A DNA stretch of 64,000 nucleotides from Picochlorum sp. SENEW3 (Eukaryota), in assembly GCA_034226945.1 (NCBI GenBank), contig CP120462.1, forward strand, positions 806,001-870,000, read 5' to 3'. This document shows positions 46,542 to 58,514 of this stretch, piece by piece (within the stretch, counting starts at the first letter, position 1; the number at the start of each line of letters is the position of its first letter). A program made the position numbers and the translations under genes. The notes beneath the pieces are model-generated. The model was not told the DNA's origin. It ran no database searches and was given only the letters and a program-made list of their open reading frames with translations.

Positions 46542-48695
46542 TTAATCCCAACTTGGCCTAAATTCATCAGGTTCATCCATAGGCGCATCTGAAACTGGAT
46601 ATCCATTGGAAAAGAACTGCCTCACATACTCTGAAGATGTTGGGCCACGAGCCGACTTGAGGAACACAGTTCTATTCTCAGAGCTGCGGGTCAAACAGAC
46701 AGTATCTATATTGCAGTTGCATACCCTCGAGCTAGATTCAAATGCCATGGTCATCTTTTCTGGGGAAGAAAGTGCCTCGTCTGACCTTTTGTTGTCGCAG
46801 TTGACCAGAGTTCTCTTTGCTCGAGGATCAATGAACACACAATATGACCCAGGTTTGAAGTTTGAGCATGTATTATTCAGGACAACATTTTCTTCAGCGA
46901 GTCCTTCATGTTTCAAAAGAACTCTAAATCCTTGTCCTCCTGGGAGAGTACCGCTACCTGTATTGTTCACAACAGTATAGTTGTTTCCTTTGATTGCAAC
47001 CCATGCAATTGCCCCGTTCAGCCCAGCTATTGCGGAACCATTGAACGTGTTGTTTGCAACAATCCCTCCACTTGTAAATTCTTTAAGATCAATATTCTCA
47101 GCCGTGATACCTTCCCAGAAATGATTGTATGTTATCTTGTTGAAATCTGATCTATCTTCTGGGAGATTCCTGGCAATACTGTTCTTGGTGCTTGTCCCCA
47201 CGTACATACCCTCTCCAATTCCCACCCACAAAAAGCCTGTATACGAAATGTTGCATCCGGTCACCTCGTTGTACGTCGAGTTGTAACGAACTCTAATGCC
47301 TTCTTGAAGCGTATACCGTGTGGTGATGTTTGAGAATTCTGAGGAGTTTGTCTGCTGTACATCAAGGCCTTTGAGAGCATTTTGCAGTGTGAAACCCTTC
47401 ACCCGTACATGCGATGATCGAATCACCCTCATAGCTGCAGAAGACAGTCCACCATCACCGTTGGAACCATCGAACACTGCTGTCTTTGGGCCACACAGTG
47501 TGATTGGCTCTTCAACAGTTCCATGCAAGTTATCGATAAAGCCTGATGGTGCTACCCACGGGCCTCTGCTTGGACCATCTGGTCTAGGTGAAGGGGGTGG
47601 CTTGGGAGATGTTGGGTCTTGAACAGGAGCTTCTGGATCCAGAACATCTTCGTCCTCATACCTGTCCTCATAGTCCATTTCTGGTACTGGTGCTTCTTCC
47701 TCCTCCTCTATAATAGGTTTTGAAGGGATTTCATCCTTGGTTGGCTCTGGAGCAGGCCCCTTTGCAGGGATTTGATCAGAAGTGGGGCCTGGTTTTGGAG
47801 CTGGTTTTGGAGCCGGATTCGGAGCTGGTTTTGGAGCAGGTTTTGGAGCAGGCTCTGGGGCTGGTTTTGGAGCTGGCTTGGGTGCAGGTTTGGGAGCAGG
47901 CTCTGGGGCTGGCTGTGGCGCTGGCTTGGGTGCAGGTTTGGGAGCAGGCTTGGGAGCAGGTTTTGGAGCAGGCTGTGGCGCTGGCTGTGGCGCTGGCTGT
48001 GGCGCTGGAGCAGGAACAGGTACATCCTCTTCAATTCTGCCGTACCCATACATTTCCAATTCATAATACAAATCCATTAGATCCTCAACTTTATCCCCCT
48101 CAGCATTGACATCCGACAAAATTTTTGATTTAAGGGACTTTTCACGAGGATCAATCCTATTTGCTGTTGCATTTCCCCTCTCGTCAACACTCAAGTCTGG
48201 AGGAATGATGGAAGATTTCCCTGCTCCTGATCCCTGAAAGTAAATGCCTGATTTAACCTCGATCAGATCCCCTGGTTGCGCATTTTTTAACGCAAACTTG
48301 ATTTCTCCAAGACTCTCTGCAAATATGTACCGCTTGTGCGGTATTCCTTGGCACATTTCATACCGCGCCGGATGAGGTGGTGGAGGAGGTGGAGGAGGGC
48401 TACTTGGTGGTGGTGGAGGGCTCTTATTCATTTCGTTTGACATTGCAATAAACTCCTCTATCAGAGGTAGGTGGAATCCAGCTGGGGCATCAGCAATACC
48501 TAAATCTGCATCAAACACCTGGGAAAGAGACCTCTCATGCTGCAATAATTTTCTGGAAGACCATCCAGCTGAGCCAAACGTCAGGCTTTTCTCAAATGAT
48601 GGAGATCCAAGAAGTGACGCTATAGAGCACCCAAGAAATATGAGTGCTCCAGCACAAGCATACAACACAAAATTTGTGTAGATTTTCCTTGTCAT
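46542..48695 (-). CDS. Membrane-anchored/secreted right-handed parallel beta-helix (pectin-lyase-like) protein with Pro-rich insert
   Basis: N-terminal hydrophobic anchor, SPPPP tract, ALKNAQPGDLI, PITLCGP, GEGMYVG, DRSD.N, ENIDLKE, NNTFNG, W..IKGN. Confidence 0.75.
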   Translation of the reverse strand: MTRKIYTNFVLYACAGALIFLGCSIASLLGSPSFEKSLTFGSAGWSSRKLLQHERSLSQVFDADLGIADAPAGFHLPLIEEFIAMSNEMNKSPPPPPSSPPPPPPPPHPARYEMCQGIPHKRYIFAESLGEIKFALKNAQPGDLIEVKSGIYFQGSGAGKSSIIPPDLSVDERGNATANRIDPREKSLKSKILSDVNAEGDKVEDLMDLYYELEMYGYGRIEEDVPVPAPAPQPAPQPAPQPAPKPAPKPAPKPAPKPAPQPAPEPAPKPAPKPAPKPAPEPAPKPAPKPAPNPAPKPAPKPGPTSDQIPAKGPAPEPTKDEIPSKPIIEEEEEAPVPEMDYEDRYEDEDVLDPEAPVQDPTSPKPPPSPRPDGPSRGPWVAPSGFIDNLHGTVEEPITLCGPKTAVFDGSNGDGGLSSAAMRVIRSSHVRVKGFTLQNALKGLDVQQTNSSEFSNITTRYTLQEGIRVRYNSTYNEVTGCNISYTGFLWVGIGEGMYVGTSTKNSIARNLPEDRSDFNKITYNHFWEGITAENIDLKEFTSGGIVANNTFNGSAIAGLNGAIAWVAIKGNNYTVVNNTGSGTLPGGQGFRVLLKHEGLAEENVVLNNTCSNFKPGSYCVFIDPRAKRTLVNCDNKRSDEALSSPEKMTMAFESSSRVCNCNIDTVCLTRSSENRTVFLKSARGPTSSEYVRQFFSNGYPVSDAPMDEPDEFRPSWD
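47785..48015 (-). repeat. Coding 12-bp tandem repeat encoding (PAP[KQEN])n, about 18 units
   Basis: Repeating ggagc.ggtttt / ggcgctggctgt units on the + strand. Confidence 0.9.
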
Positions 48696-49952
48696 TGGAA
48701 GTATGTAGGCACTCGTATCAACCAATAACAGGTTCTGTCGTGTATGATAATGAAAATAATCTTCCTAATCTCGACGTCAAGATGTTTCAAACAGAGGATT
48801 GATTGAGCCACGTCTTCAGTTTTGAGTTTGGATCATCACACCGTTGCCTGCACAATACTTGTACAATTATGAAATGCCATTGTATATCCCAAGAGGCACA
48901 CACGAGATAGAAATCATGTATGTAAGAACAAGGTTTTGACCTGATCAGCGCGTGTGCTGTTCACTGGTCACAAGTGCCCATCACTTGTGAACAAGCTCAT
49001 TTCTGCCCCTCCAACTCAGAGGACCTCACCACAGCACGCCAGCACAAACCCATCCCCGCCCGAGGCGTCCATGTACTCCCCACATGATATGAAATGATGT
49101 TGGCCTATTTGTCCGGCCCAGCGTGGCGCGAAAACATGCTCGGAGCTGTTGCTACCATACGGTCCTTCTCACGCCCCCCTTCCACAGGCTGAGTTGGCAG
49201 CCCCACAAACTGGACGCCACTTTTCCCAAAACCAGTGCTGATTGATGAAAGGACATGACTTTATGTTCTTATAAGAAACCGTATACGATAGTGAGGAGCA
49301 TTGGGCTTCCCACGCATGGAAATATCCAACACGCCAAAGTGTATCCGGAAGAACAATCGATCGCTTTAGTGCACCTACCTTTTCAGCCCCTTTACACCCA
49401 ATCGCCCAAACACACACAAATAGACCCAATTTATACCACTCAAAACATATTTAATGGCCAAAACTCCCAATCGTACCACTCCAGTGGCATTGCTACGCAC
49501 CTTGGCTTTCGAGAACAACAACAAGCCTCCAGCATACAGTGATCAGGCAAATGGCCACTATCAACCGAATGAAACAGGTAAATTTTTAAAATGTGTTCAT
49601 ATCAGTATCAGCCCTTCATTTACCACGATTGCACATCCAAACCTAAAGGCCTTGTTTTTAAGAGCCCAGTAGTTCCGGGCATGCATGACCATGGGCCGTG
49701 ATGATGCCACATATTGGAGCCATGGACATGCGATGCAACCGAATGCCCGACTTGCTTGACCGAGACCTGATACCTTTCTTATTCTTTTCTCGCTTTTTAA
49801 TTAAGAGCAGCTCCTTGCTTGAAAAAAAAAATGGAATTCCTCCGTCATCGTGTATTTTTGAGCAAATTTTGATGTATGGTTTGTATTACCAGAGCTGAAA
49901 ATAGCATGGATGACGACCATCGCGACATGGACTGAATAGCATTTGAAAATCC

Positions 49953-50962
49953 ATGGGCAGCAACGGTGACAACGTCTTCGAGGTATGGACTATTCAGACA
50001 ATATATGCTTGAATCGATGTAAACCATAGATATATGATGATTGAAAACTGCCGTTTCAGCGCTTTGCCTTTGGCTCTCGGCCGACTCGCTGCTCACCTGG
50101 AGACAACAAGAAACCAAAGGAGAAACACTGCAGCACTTCTTCTGAGACAAAGGGGTCTTATGAAGGACACCTAGACACTGCCCAGAAGCACGGTTTTCCT
50201 AGAGTATTGTATAAAAGCGATTGCATAAAAGATGGCAAGGCTGCTCCAATTGCTCTGAGATTATTGATTGTGGGTCACAATCCAAGTGAGACTAGTTGGA
50301 ATCGAGGGCACTATTATGCCAACCCTAATAATTGGATGTGGAGAATTCTACAAGAAACGGAAATAGTGGATACAGATACTGTAATGTCTTGTGAACAGGA
50401 TGTGCAGATGCCTCGCCTGTATGGCATAGGATTTACTGACGTTGGTGGTGGAGTGCAGGGAACACAGAGTAGTACATTTAGCGGAAAACATATATATGAG
50501 AATTGGAGAGGGCCATTTTATAATACATTAAGAGAAATATGTGAAAACACGTGCGAAGAATTAGAGTGCTGCTGTTCAGCCTGTGGATGCCCTAGTCTCT
50601 TGGCGTTTGCTGGAATGAAGCAGTTTGTTCAGCTGTTTGAGTCACGGAAGCGAAAGAAAGGTCGGGACCGAGATGGCAATGGAGAACGACTGAATCAAGA
50701 CAGAAAGGTGACCCTGGCTTCGGTATGTCCAGAAAAGGTGCAATTTGGAAGACAGTTTGTCTTACCAAGAGGGTGGCCGCTTGATACCAGCAAAACAGAG
50801 GTATGGGTTCTCCCTTCCACATCAGGCGCAGCGGCAATGAGTCGATATGCTAGAATAGAGCCTTGGCAGAGACTTGCTCACAGGCTTTCAGAAATTGAAC
50901 ATCCTAGAACATTGGTATGCAAAAACAGAACAAGAAAGAGACGTGCTGGTGAAATACTTTAA
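49953..50962 (+). CDS. MUG/TDG-family mismatch-specific DNA glycosylase, 2 exons
   Basis: LLIVGHNPS...GHYYANPNNWMW, GIGFTD, LAFAG, VWVLPSTSGAA. Exon 1 is MGSNGDNVFE; intron 49983-50059. Confidence 0.85.
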
Positions 50963-52597
50963 TTACCGCTGTATAATAAATCTGTATTTTTCTTTTGATT
51001 CACGATATTTGGATGCTGGAGTGTCATTTCATGACAACCAAACAATATATTGTCTACAGTCTCCACTCCCAGCATGAGACTGTGATCCTGATTTGCCACT
51101 TCATATTTATATGAACCAAATCTCCCTCTGCTCCAAATGCTGTGCTCCCTTAATTTTGGAAGTGCTTGCTCAAGCACGGTATCACGATTCAATGATGGCG
51201 TTGGATATCCATGCTCCAATCTCCTGTGATAAATGGAAACAATTTCGTCATCTGGTGACACAAGGTTGGTGGCAACTGCACCCAGCAAGGTATCCAACAC
51301 CACACGTGGCCATACATTTCCACCCAGAGAGACGTCGCTCTGATCTACAGGCTTCCACTTTGACTCTGATATTTCAAACATCAATGACCAGTACGGCCCT
51401 TCCTTGTCTGCGCCGTCCTCTGCTGCTCTTCCATCTCCCATGCACACTGTTGAGAGCCTCACTGTTTCATTGGGATAATTACCTTCCGCGTAATTGGAAA
51501 ACACCGTTGTTCGATAGAAAGGACAGTTATCCTCAGGGAAATACAACCAGCACTTTTTCCCATGAGGGCACGACCCCCTAATACCCACACCGACAATGTG
51601 GGAAGATGAATATGTCAACCCATCTGCCAATGCTCCATCTCCAGTCCAACGGAGCATGATATCCAGCGGAAGCGTGGAAATAAGATGTCCATATTTAATC
51701 GTAGATCCACCCTTGAAGCTAACGATTTTGTTTTCCTTATCAATAGATACTGCTTCTGCTCCATACAATTGCCGTTCTTTAGGCAACAAATCTGCCACAC
51801 CTTTCCAAATAGCTCCTGTGCCGCCCTTCTTAGGAAACCTGAAGACAGCATTCGGTCCCCAGCCCGCATCCTCTTTCCCATGGATGACATTTGAAATAGC
51901 ACGATCCACGTCCACGGTTGCTACCCTCTCCCCCAACCAATCACACTGCATTTCGGTAGTTGGGACAGCCCACACTTTGAAATTATACGGCCTCATAAAG
52001 ATATTCGCAATCCCTTCCCCCATCACTCGCAAAATCCATTCATCAAAATTATTTGGCTTGGACGTCGCCATGGCATTCGCAACTTTAGCCTCCACCACCC
52101 CACTCAGACACGTCACCTGATCTTCCTTGTCCAATGCAGAGATGTTATTCTGAAATGGGTACGCCACCCACCGATTCTTCAGCCAAACATAACTCACTCT
52201 CTCATGAGTATTCCAAGAATCAGATCCAGACCCCAGTGCTTCATCCAAAAGTTCATCAAAGTACTGGTAGTGAGAGAAAATGACATGCCCTCCCATGTCA
52301 AATAGAAACCCCTCTGGGGTCACATCAGTGCATGCCAATCCACCTGCTTCCCTTTCTTTATCTACTAGTAACCAATCCGTCTTCCCCAGTTGATTCAAAC
52401 GAGTTGCTGCACCCAATCCTGTTGGCCCAGACCCGAGAATAAGCACTCCAACCTCCTGCAACCAAGACATACGCCATATATTACATCCGATGCACTTGTC
52501 TTATCATTAGAACATATATCGCCCTTGAATGCGAAGAATCAAGGTAGTACTGTGAATGTCAGATCACGCAGAAACGGACCGTGTGTCTTTTGGCCAT
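50959..52597 (-). CDS. Eukaryotic UDP-galactopyranose mutase (GlfA/UGM)
   Basis: GSGPTGLGAA, GGLA..D..EGFLFDMGGHVIFSHY, YPFQNN, WLGERVA, SRGRFGSYKYEVANQDHS. Proposed exon 1 is MAKRHT, intron 52579-52456. Confidence 0.93.
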
Positions 52598-52818
52598 ATT
52601 CCCTTGATTGGATCCCTTAAATTATGAATTTGCTTTATTTCAACATATATTTGGAACCTGCAATACGTTTCCTTTTGAGCATGAATGATTCGTGTCTTCG
52701 ATGTGACGCACAAGTCCCTTTCTAGAGCAGATTTCAAAGGTCGATTAGACTCTGATCGAAGGTCTTGATATACGCTACAGTAGCCACTCTCTACAGTTAT
52801 AATTGATAATTTTATGCA

Positions 52819-53780
52819 ATGGGTCGGGAAGATATGAAGAGATCAGGGAAGAAAGGAAGGGCTCCCCTTGTTCCCTCCTTGAAGCTTGGCCCAACTCCGT
52901 CGGAAGGTGGTTTAGGGACAGATGGGGCCAATGAACAGTTTAGGAATTCTCATACGGCTCGTAATATGAATAAAGAGGGGAGCTTTCACCGAAAGAGGGA
53001 GCAAAAGCCAGGCAATAGTGGGGTCATAGAAAGTTCGACCGCGAGAGTTGTCTCCTTCTCTCAGGCATCGGAGGCACAGCCCACGCGAATTGAATACGGA
53101 AGAATAACAGGTATGTAGTACATATAGAAATGTGTCACACGTGTGTGTTGAGCGTGCATGAAATGGCCGGGGTCGGTGTTTGTGCAGGTGGGTCGTACAA
53201 GGATGTCTTGTTGACGCCTCGGTACAATCCAGGGCATGCCAGAGGGATGATGACGTCTAGAGTTTCTCGATTTTCAAATGCACCTGCTGTGAAGAGTCCT
53301 ATGACTGCGCGGGGCAGTGCGCATACACAGCAAACTCCTGAACCAAGCAGGCACAAGCAGATGGATTTGAAAAAGCAAGTTGCTCCGTCCGCCCGAGGTC
53401 GAGTGCATGATACTTCTACCCCTGGATCTGTAGTAGCGGAACTTGCGGATCAGATCAAACGCTTGGAGGGGAGTATGGATTCAGAGGAGCCACAAAAGCT
53501 TGTAGCCATGCTGCACATCTCCAAGGCGATTCAAATTGCAGCAGAATACATAGGAGTACCAGCGGGTATTTTGGAAATGCTGAGACTGCATGAGAATCAA
53601 CGAATTCGCCCGAAACTAGGAAATCAAGCCCAGGTTGTCTCGGCGCCTATTGTGTCACGAAAGACAAACATGCCAAGCACGCCAGAACAAAAGGGGACAA
53701 CTGAAGAGATGGTCACAAGAATCAAATCGATTCGTCTTAAAATATCCAGCATTGAGAAAACATTATTTCCTGATGAATAA
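52819..53780 (+). CDS. Hypothetical basic protein with repeated TAR/SAR motifs, 2 exons
   Basis: Two ORFs joined in frame by GT-AG intron 53111-53187. Confidence 0.6.
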
Positions 53781-53814
53781 ATTTGTACACTGTAATGTAG
53801 AGGAAAAAAAAGGA

Positions 53815-55332
53815 TTAGGCCAATATCTTGTCCACGAGTGGCTCATCACCAGTGATGAATGTGCAAAACTTGTCTGGACCTAGGGGGATTTGCTCCAGTT
53901 CCTCCCCGGTCAATCTAACATCAGGTTCGATCCCCTTCTTATTAATGTCGATACCATTCGGTGTTTGATATTTGGACACGGTAACCGTCACTGCCGAGCC
54001 ATCCGAGAGTTCCACGAGTGTCTGAATCAATCCCTTTCCAAAGGTGTTCTCTCCAACAATGGTGGCTCTCTTGTTGTCCTTCAAAGCACCTGCAAGTACT
54101 TCGCTCGCACTTGCGGTACCTTTGTTCACCAATACAATCATGGGCGTCTTTGTGTCCAAAGCCTCGCCCTCCGCCTCGTACACGTCCCTCACTCCGTCGC
54201 TATCAGCAATAAGTACCAAATCCCCAGTGTCAATCAACATCCTGCCAACCTCAATACCAGCAGCAAACACTCCTCCTCCATTGTTTCTTATATCGAGAAT
54301 GTAGTACTCGACATTTTTATTTTTCAAATCTTCTATGACTTCTCGAACCTTTTCGGCCGTTTTCTTACTAAAACTGGCAATTCTAATATATCCCACTCGT
54401 TTTGATGTTGGCTTGGCAACGCAGTCGCCAAAATCCACCCCCTTGATGTTTATTTTCTCCCTTGTCAACGTTATCTCCTTGACCATATTCAGTTTTGAAC
54501 TACTTTTAACCTTTAAAATAACAGAAGATCCAGAAGCACCCTGCAGTGCATTGCCAGCAGCATACAGAGACATGCTCTCTGTATCCAGACCATCAATCTG
54601 CAGAATTTCATCCCCCGCCTTGATTCCCGCTCGCTCAGCTGGACCGCCGGGGGAAGGAGAAATAACAAGTAAAGGTGCTTTACCGCTTTTATCACGCGCC
54701 GAAGAGGAAGGAAAGGACACCTCCAAACCCACCCCTGTCACATCCCCTCTTGTTGCTCCTTTCAAAGCTTGGTACTGCTCTGGCTCCAGGAACCTGGTGA
54801 ATGGATCATCGAGCGATTTTAACATGGATTTAATTTCTTCATACGTATCCTCTCGTGTCGTAAGCTTTTTTTTCTTGAGCGTATTTTCTCGTACCCGAAA
54901 CCAACTCTGGCCATTGAAGGTTTTGTCCACATAGGCCCTGTCCACTGCCCTCCAGGCCTCCAAATAGAGCAATTGTTCATTCGTCACGGCATGAGCAGGA
55001 AGAGGAGGAATGAAAAGCTGACTAACGACAACACCTTGGCTCAGAATGAGCAACGCCGACAAAGCAAAGCCCGCAACTCGTTTCTTCAAGTCAGTGCACT
55101 GCTCCAGCAGAGAGCCTTCACGTTCACTGACGGACACATCTGCCCTCTTCACAGCATGTATACAGTACATTTCACTCTTTGTATAATTGATATGCCATTG
55201 TTGTGCGCCATCAGAAAAAATCCGACGCGCAACACTGCGGGCAGAGTGCACTGGGTTCCCAAACCTGATATTTCTTCTCTCATGGTGACCGAATCTATCG
55301 ATACCCACAATGCTCCGTGTATGGATATTCAT
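53815..55332 (-). CDS. ctpA: Thylakoid C-terminal processing peptidase (D1 protease, S41, PDZ)
   Basis: LEAWRAVDRAYVDKTFNGQSW, LDDPFTRFL, DIRNNGGG, TASASE, TFGKG.IQ. Confidence 0.93.
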   Translation of the reverse strand: MNIHTRSIVGIDRFGHHERRNIRFGNPVHSARSVARRIFSDGAQQWHINYTKSEMYCIHAVKRADVSVSEREGSLLEQCTDLKKRVAGFALSALLILSQGVVVSQLFIPPLPAHAVTNEQLLYLEAWRAVDRAYVDKTFNGQSWFRVRENTLKKKKLTTREDTYEEIKSMLKSLDDPFTRFLEPEQYQALKGATRGDVTGVGLEVSFPSSSARDKSGKAPLLVISPSPGGPAERAGIKAGDEILQIDGLDTESMSLYAAGNALQGASGSSVILKVKSSSKLNMVKEITLTREKINIKGVDFGDCVAKPTSKRVGYIRIASFSKKTAEKVREVIEDLKNKNVEYYILDIRNNGGGVFAAGIEVGRMLIDTGDLVLIADSDGVRDVYEAEGEALDTKTPMIVLVNKGTASASEVLAGALKDNKRATIVGENTFGKGLIQTLVELSDGSAVTVTVSKYQTPNGIDINKKGIEPDVRLTGEELEQIPLGPDKFCTFITGDEPLVDKILA

Positions 55333-55625
55333 GATGATTCAATCATTGTTTCATTGCCCCCAATCGATGCATGGCCAACTCATATGCATGTACAGCCTCC
55401 TAGTTTCATGTCCATCGGTCAAAGCAAGCCAGTGAAAGGCGCACCCCAAAGCAACACACGTGCCCATGGACAGGCAATCCAGATAAAATCTTGCTGGGGA
55501 CACCCTTGGAATGCCGCATAATCGGGCGCCTACCACGCTCCGTAGCATTTTTTTACAGTAGAAAAGTTATCTCGTGTATTTAGTTCCCTCTATTCGTTTT
55601 GATACTGATCCATTCAAGACGTAGG

Positions 55626-56595
55626 ATGACCATGTCAGCAATCTCTTGTTGTGTTTCTGTATCTGGAGTGCAGCGTACGTTGTATAGTTCCGTTAGTAGA
55701 TTTTGATGCTTTTTACTATAAGTGTATCACTCTCAGAATGGGTTGTGAGGATGCGTTGGGATTTAAGGAACCAACTCGACATGGAGTCCAAAACCCCACA
55801 TGGTCTTCTGCAATACTAAACTGTTCCTGATGTGCAGGCACTGAAGCGACTACGAACAGACAAAATGTCACCAGAGCTGTAGTATCCCGAAACATTGCCT
55901 CTGGTAGAACCAGCAGCAGCTCATCCAAGGTTCTTGTCAGATCTGCCTCGATGCCATCCCAGGGAGGTCCAGCCCCATTTGCTGCTACTCCTGGGAAGGT
56001 TCGCAACGTCCCTGCCTCGGAGTTTTCTAAATTGATTGCTGATGGATGGATTGTGTTGGATGTGAGGCCACCAACCGAAGGCGAGAAGGCTCCACTGCAG
56101 AATGCCCTCGAGGTGCCTCTCTTTGTCCCAGATGAATCCTCTGATATTGGAACCTTGATCAAAAAATCGACTGCTTTTGGAATGGGAGGATGGTGGCTCG
56201 GTGGCACACACATGATTCCCAATCAAGAGTTCCTTGCCACTGTCCAAGCCAGCATTCCAGACAAGGAGAGTGCCAAGATTCTTGTCGTCTGCCAGAAAGG
56301 GCTCAGATCCCTTTCCGCATGCGAGCAGTTAGCACGTGTAGGATACCAGAACATTGCATGGATCAATGGTGGGCTTGACACCGCACGGCCTGGAAACATT
56401 CCAACCAAGAATGGGGTTGATGTCCGTGTCGGAGGCATTGGAGGACTCTCAGAGGTCCTTGGTTGGACAGAAGTGCAGCAAGAAGCTGGAACTGGCTTTG
56501 CTGGAGGATACCAAAATATCTTGAAATTCTTTGCCGTCATCTTGGCTCTGGATTTGGTCTGGTTCGTGTGGACCATAATCAACCCATCAGATTAA
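55626..56595 (+). CDS. Plastid rhodanese-like protein (STR11-like) with C-terminal TM, 2 exons
   Basis: VLDVRP, GGWWLG, VVCQKGLRSLSACEQL, W.NGGL, GIGGLSE.LGWT. Intron 55675-55837. Confidence 0.82.
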
Positions 56596-56905
56596 AAAAA
56601 CACATGAGTTTTCCCTCTGCTGTTCTTTTTCTCCCCCCCCCCCAGCAACCCCACCGTTGCCCCCATCACTATCATCATTGTATTGTGTAATAGTAGCAAT
56701 AGTACCTCGCTCGCCCATGATGATCGAGCGTGCCTCGAATGGTGCGTCGTAACCGTCACACTCACATCCATGCTTCATGTGATGATGGGCCGGCCAGGGT
56801 CGAAATCAGCAAAAATTTGAAATCCTCAAGACCGTGGATGCAGCCGATTTTTCTGCAATAGTAAAAGAATCAAATTAATCCATCCGAATATCAGAAGTAT
56901 AAAGG

Positions 56906-58277
56906 ATGATTGCCACCCAACAGAGACCATCCTGCGCGGTTGGGTCCATCGTTGGCCAGCAAAAGGCCCTTCAACAGAGTTCTTACAGACAATCGATCAG
57001 AAGCAAGGTCTCAGTGTCATCAAAACTGTTTAAGAAAAAAGTATGCCATCGTCAGGACAGGGCTGTCGTCACGTATGCCTCGTATTCAGCAAACAACTAC
57101 GGTCCCATGGGCGGGGACGCTCGGATCAAGGTTATTGGCGTTGGAGGAGGAGGAGGCAATGCTGTCAATCGAATGATTAGTAGTGGTCTTCAGGTATGGG
57201 ATATATCAATCACATCGCCTCTGCCCTCGCGGTGACATGTCCTGCAGTAGAGCGGGACATCCATCTCCCTCGTTGACACCGTATTCAGCATAGATGCTAT
57301 CAATATATGTGTAGGGAGTAGAATTTTGGGCTGTGAATACGGATGCACAGGCTCTTGAAAGCCACCAAGCATTGAACAAACTTCAGATCGGGACCACGCT
57401 GACCCGTGGACTCGGTACAGGTGGTAAGCCAGAGCTTGGGGAAGAAGCTGCGCAGGAAAGTCATCAGGAACTGGCTTCAGCGATGAATGGAGCAGATATG
57501 GTGTTTATTACAGCCGGGATGGGGGGAGGAACGGGAACAGGTGCTGCCCCTGTGGTGGCCCGCCTGTCAAAGGATATGGGTATCTTGACAGTAGGAGTGG
57601 TCACGTTCCCATTCACATTTGAAGGTAGACGCCGAGCTAACCAAGCAACAGATGGAGTTGAAACGCTGAGGAAGAATGTGGACACATTGATTGTGATTCC
57701 AAATGACCGCCTGTTGGATGTTGTTGGAGAGTCAACGCCTCTCCAGGATGCCTTCTTGCTCGCCGATGATGTCTTGAGACAAGGAGTGCAGGGTATTTCC
57801 GACATCATTACCATTCCTGGATTGGTCAACGTTGATTTCGCAGATGTGAAGACCATCATGTGCAACTCTGGTACAGCCATGCTGGGTGTCGGAGTCTCCA
57901 GCGGAAAGAATCGCGCAGAAGAGGCAGCCATCGCGGCCACATCTGCTCCTTTGATCGAACGATCGATCGAGAGGGCTACAGGAATTGTATACAACATCAC
58001 CGGAGGAAAAGACCTCACATTGGCCGAGGTCAACAGAGTCTCCGAGGTGGTCACATCGCTTGCAGACCCTTCTGCCAATGTCATCTTTGGAGCAGTTATT
58101 GATGATCAGTACGAGGGAGAGATCCATGTGACCATCATCGCAACTGGATTCTCTCACACCTTTGAAGAGAATCTGCTGTCTGGAAGAGTCCCAGCAGCCA
58201 CCGAAGAGCCAACCCGTGAAACTGCATCTGATGTTGGTGGCAGTGCTGGTGGGTTCCTGGGACGATCTTGGATGTAG
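56906..58277 (+). CDS. FTSZ1: Plastid division protein FtsZ1, 2 exons
   Basis: [40 protein letters not shown]. No FtsZ2-type C-terminal core peptide is evident. Intron 57194-57314. Confidence 0.93.
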
Positions 58278-58514
58278 ATTTCTCTCTCCTAAAATCAATC
58301 AATGATAGATAGACACACACACACACCGAGTATATAACATCTGTATTCATTTTTATTTTAACATGGTATGCTCAGTGTCATGAAATAGGTGCATACCAAA
58401 CGCCAACGACTTGCGTGACGATCAAGGACACGAATCCAGCCTAGACCCAGTGCATCACATCGCACGCTGTTTATTATTGGATTAAAAAAATAGATATATC
58501 GACTGTGGATAGCA

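Noticed and set aside
47782..48066. Silk-like (GAGF/GAGL)n ORF and Trp/Arg-rich ORFs on the + strand
   Set aside because: These are antisense or alternate-frame shadows of the PAPK coding repeat.
49454..49700. Possible small spliced gene (MAKTPNRTT...)
   Set aside because: A donor site is present but the plausible acceptors give stops almost immediately, and no homology was recognised.
53925..53936. GGTTCGATCCCC tRNA T-loop-like motif
   Set aside because: It lies within ctpA coding sequence and has no surrounding cloverleaf.
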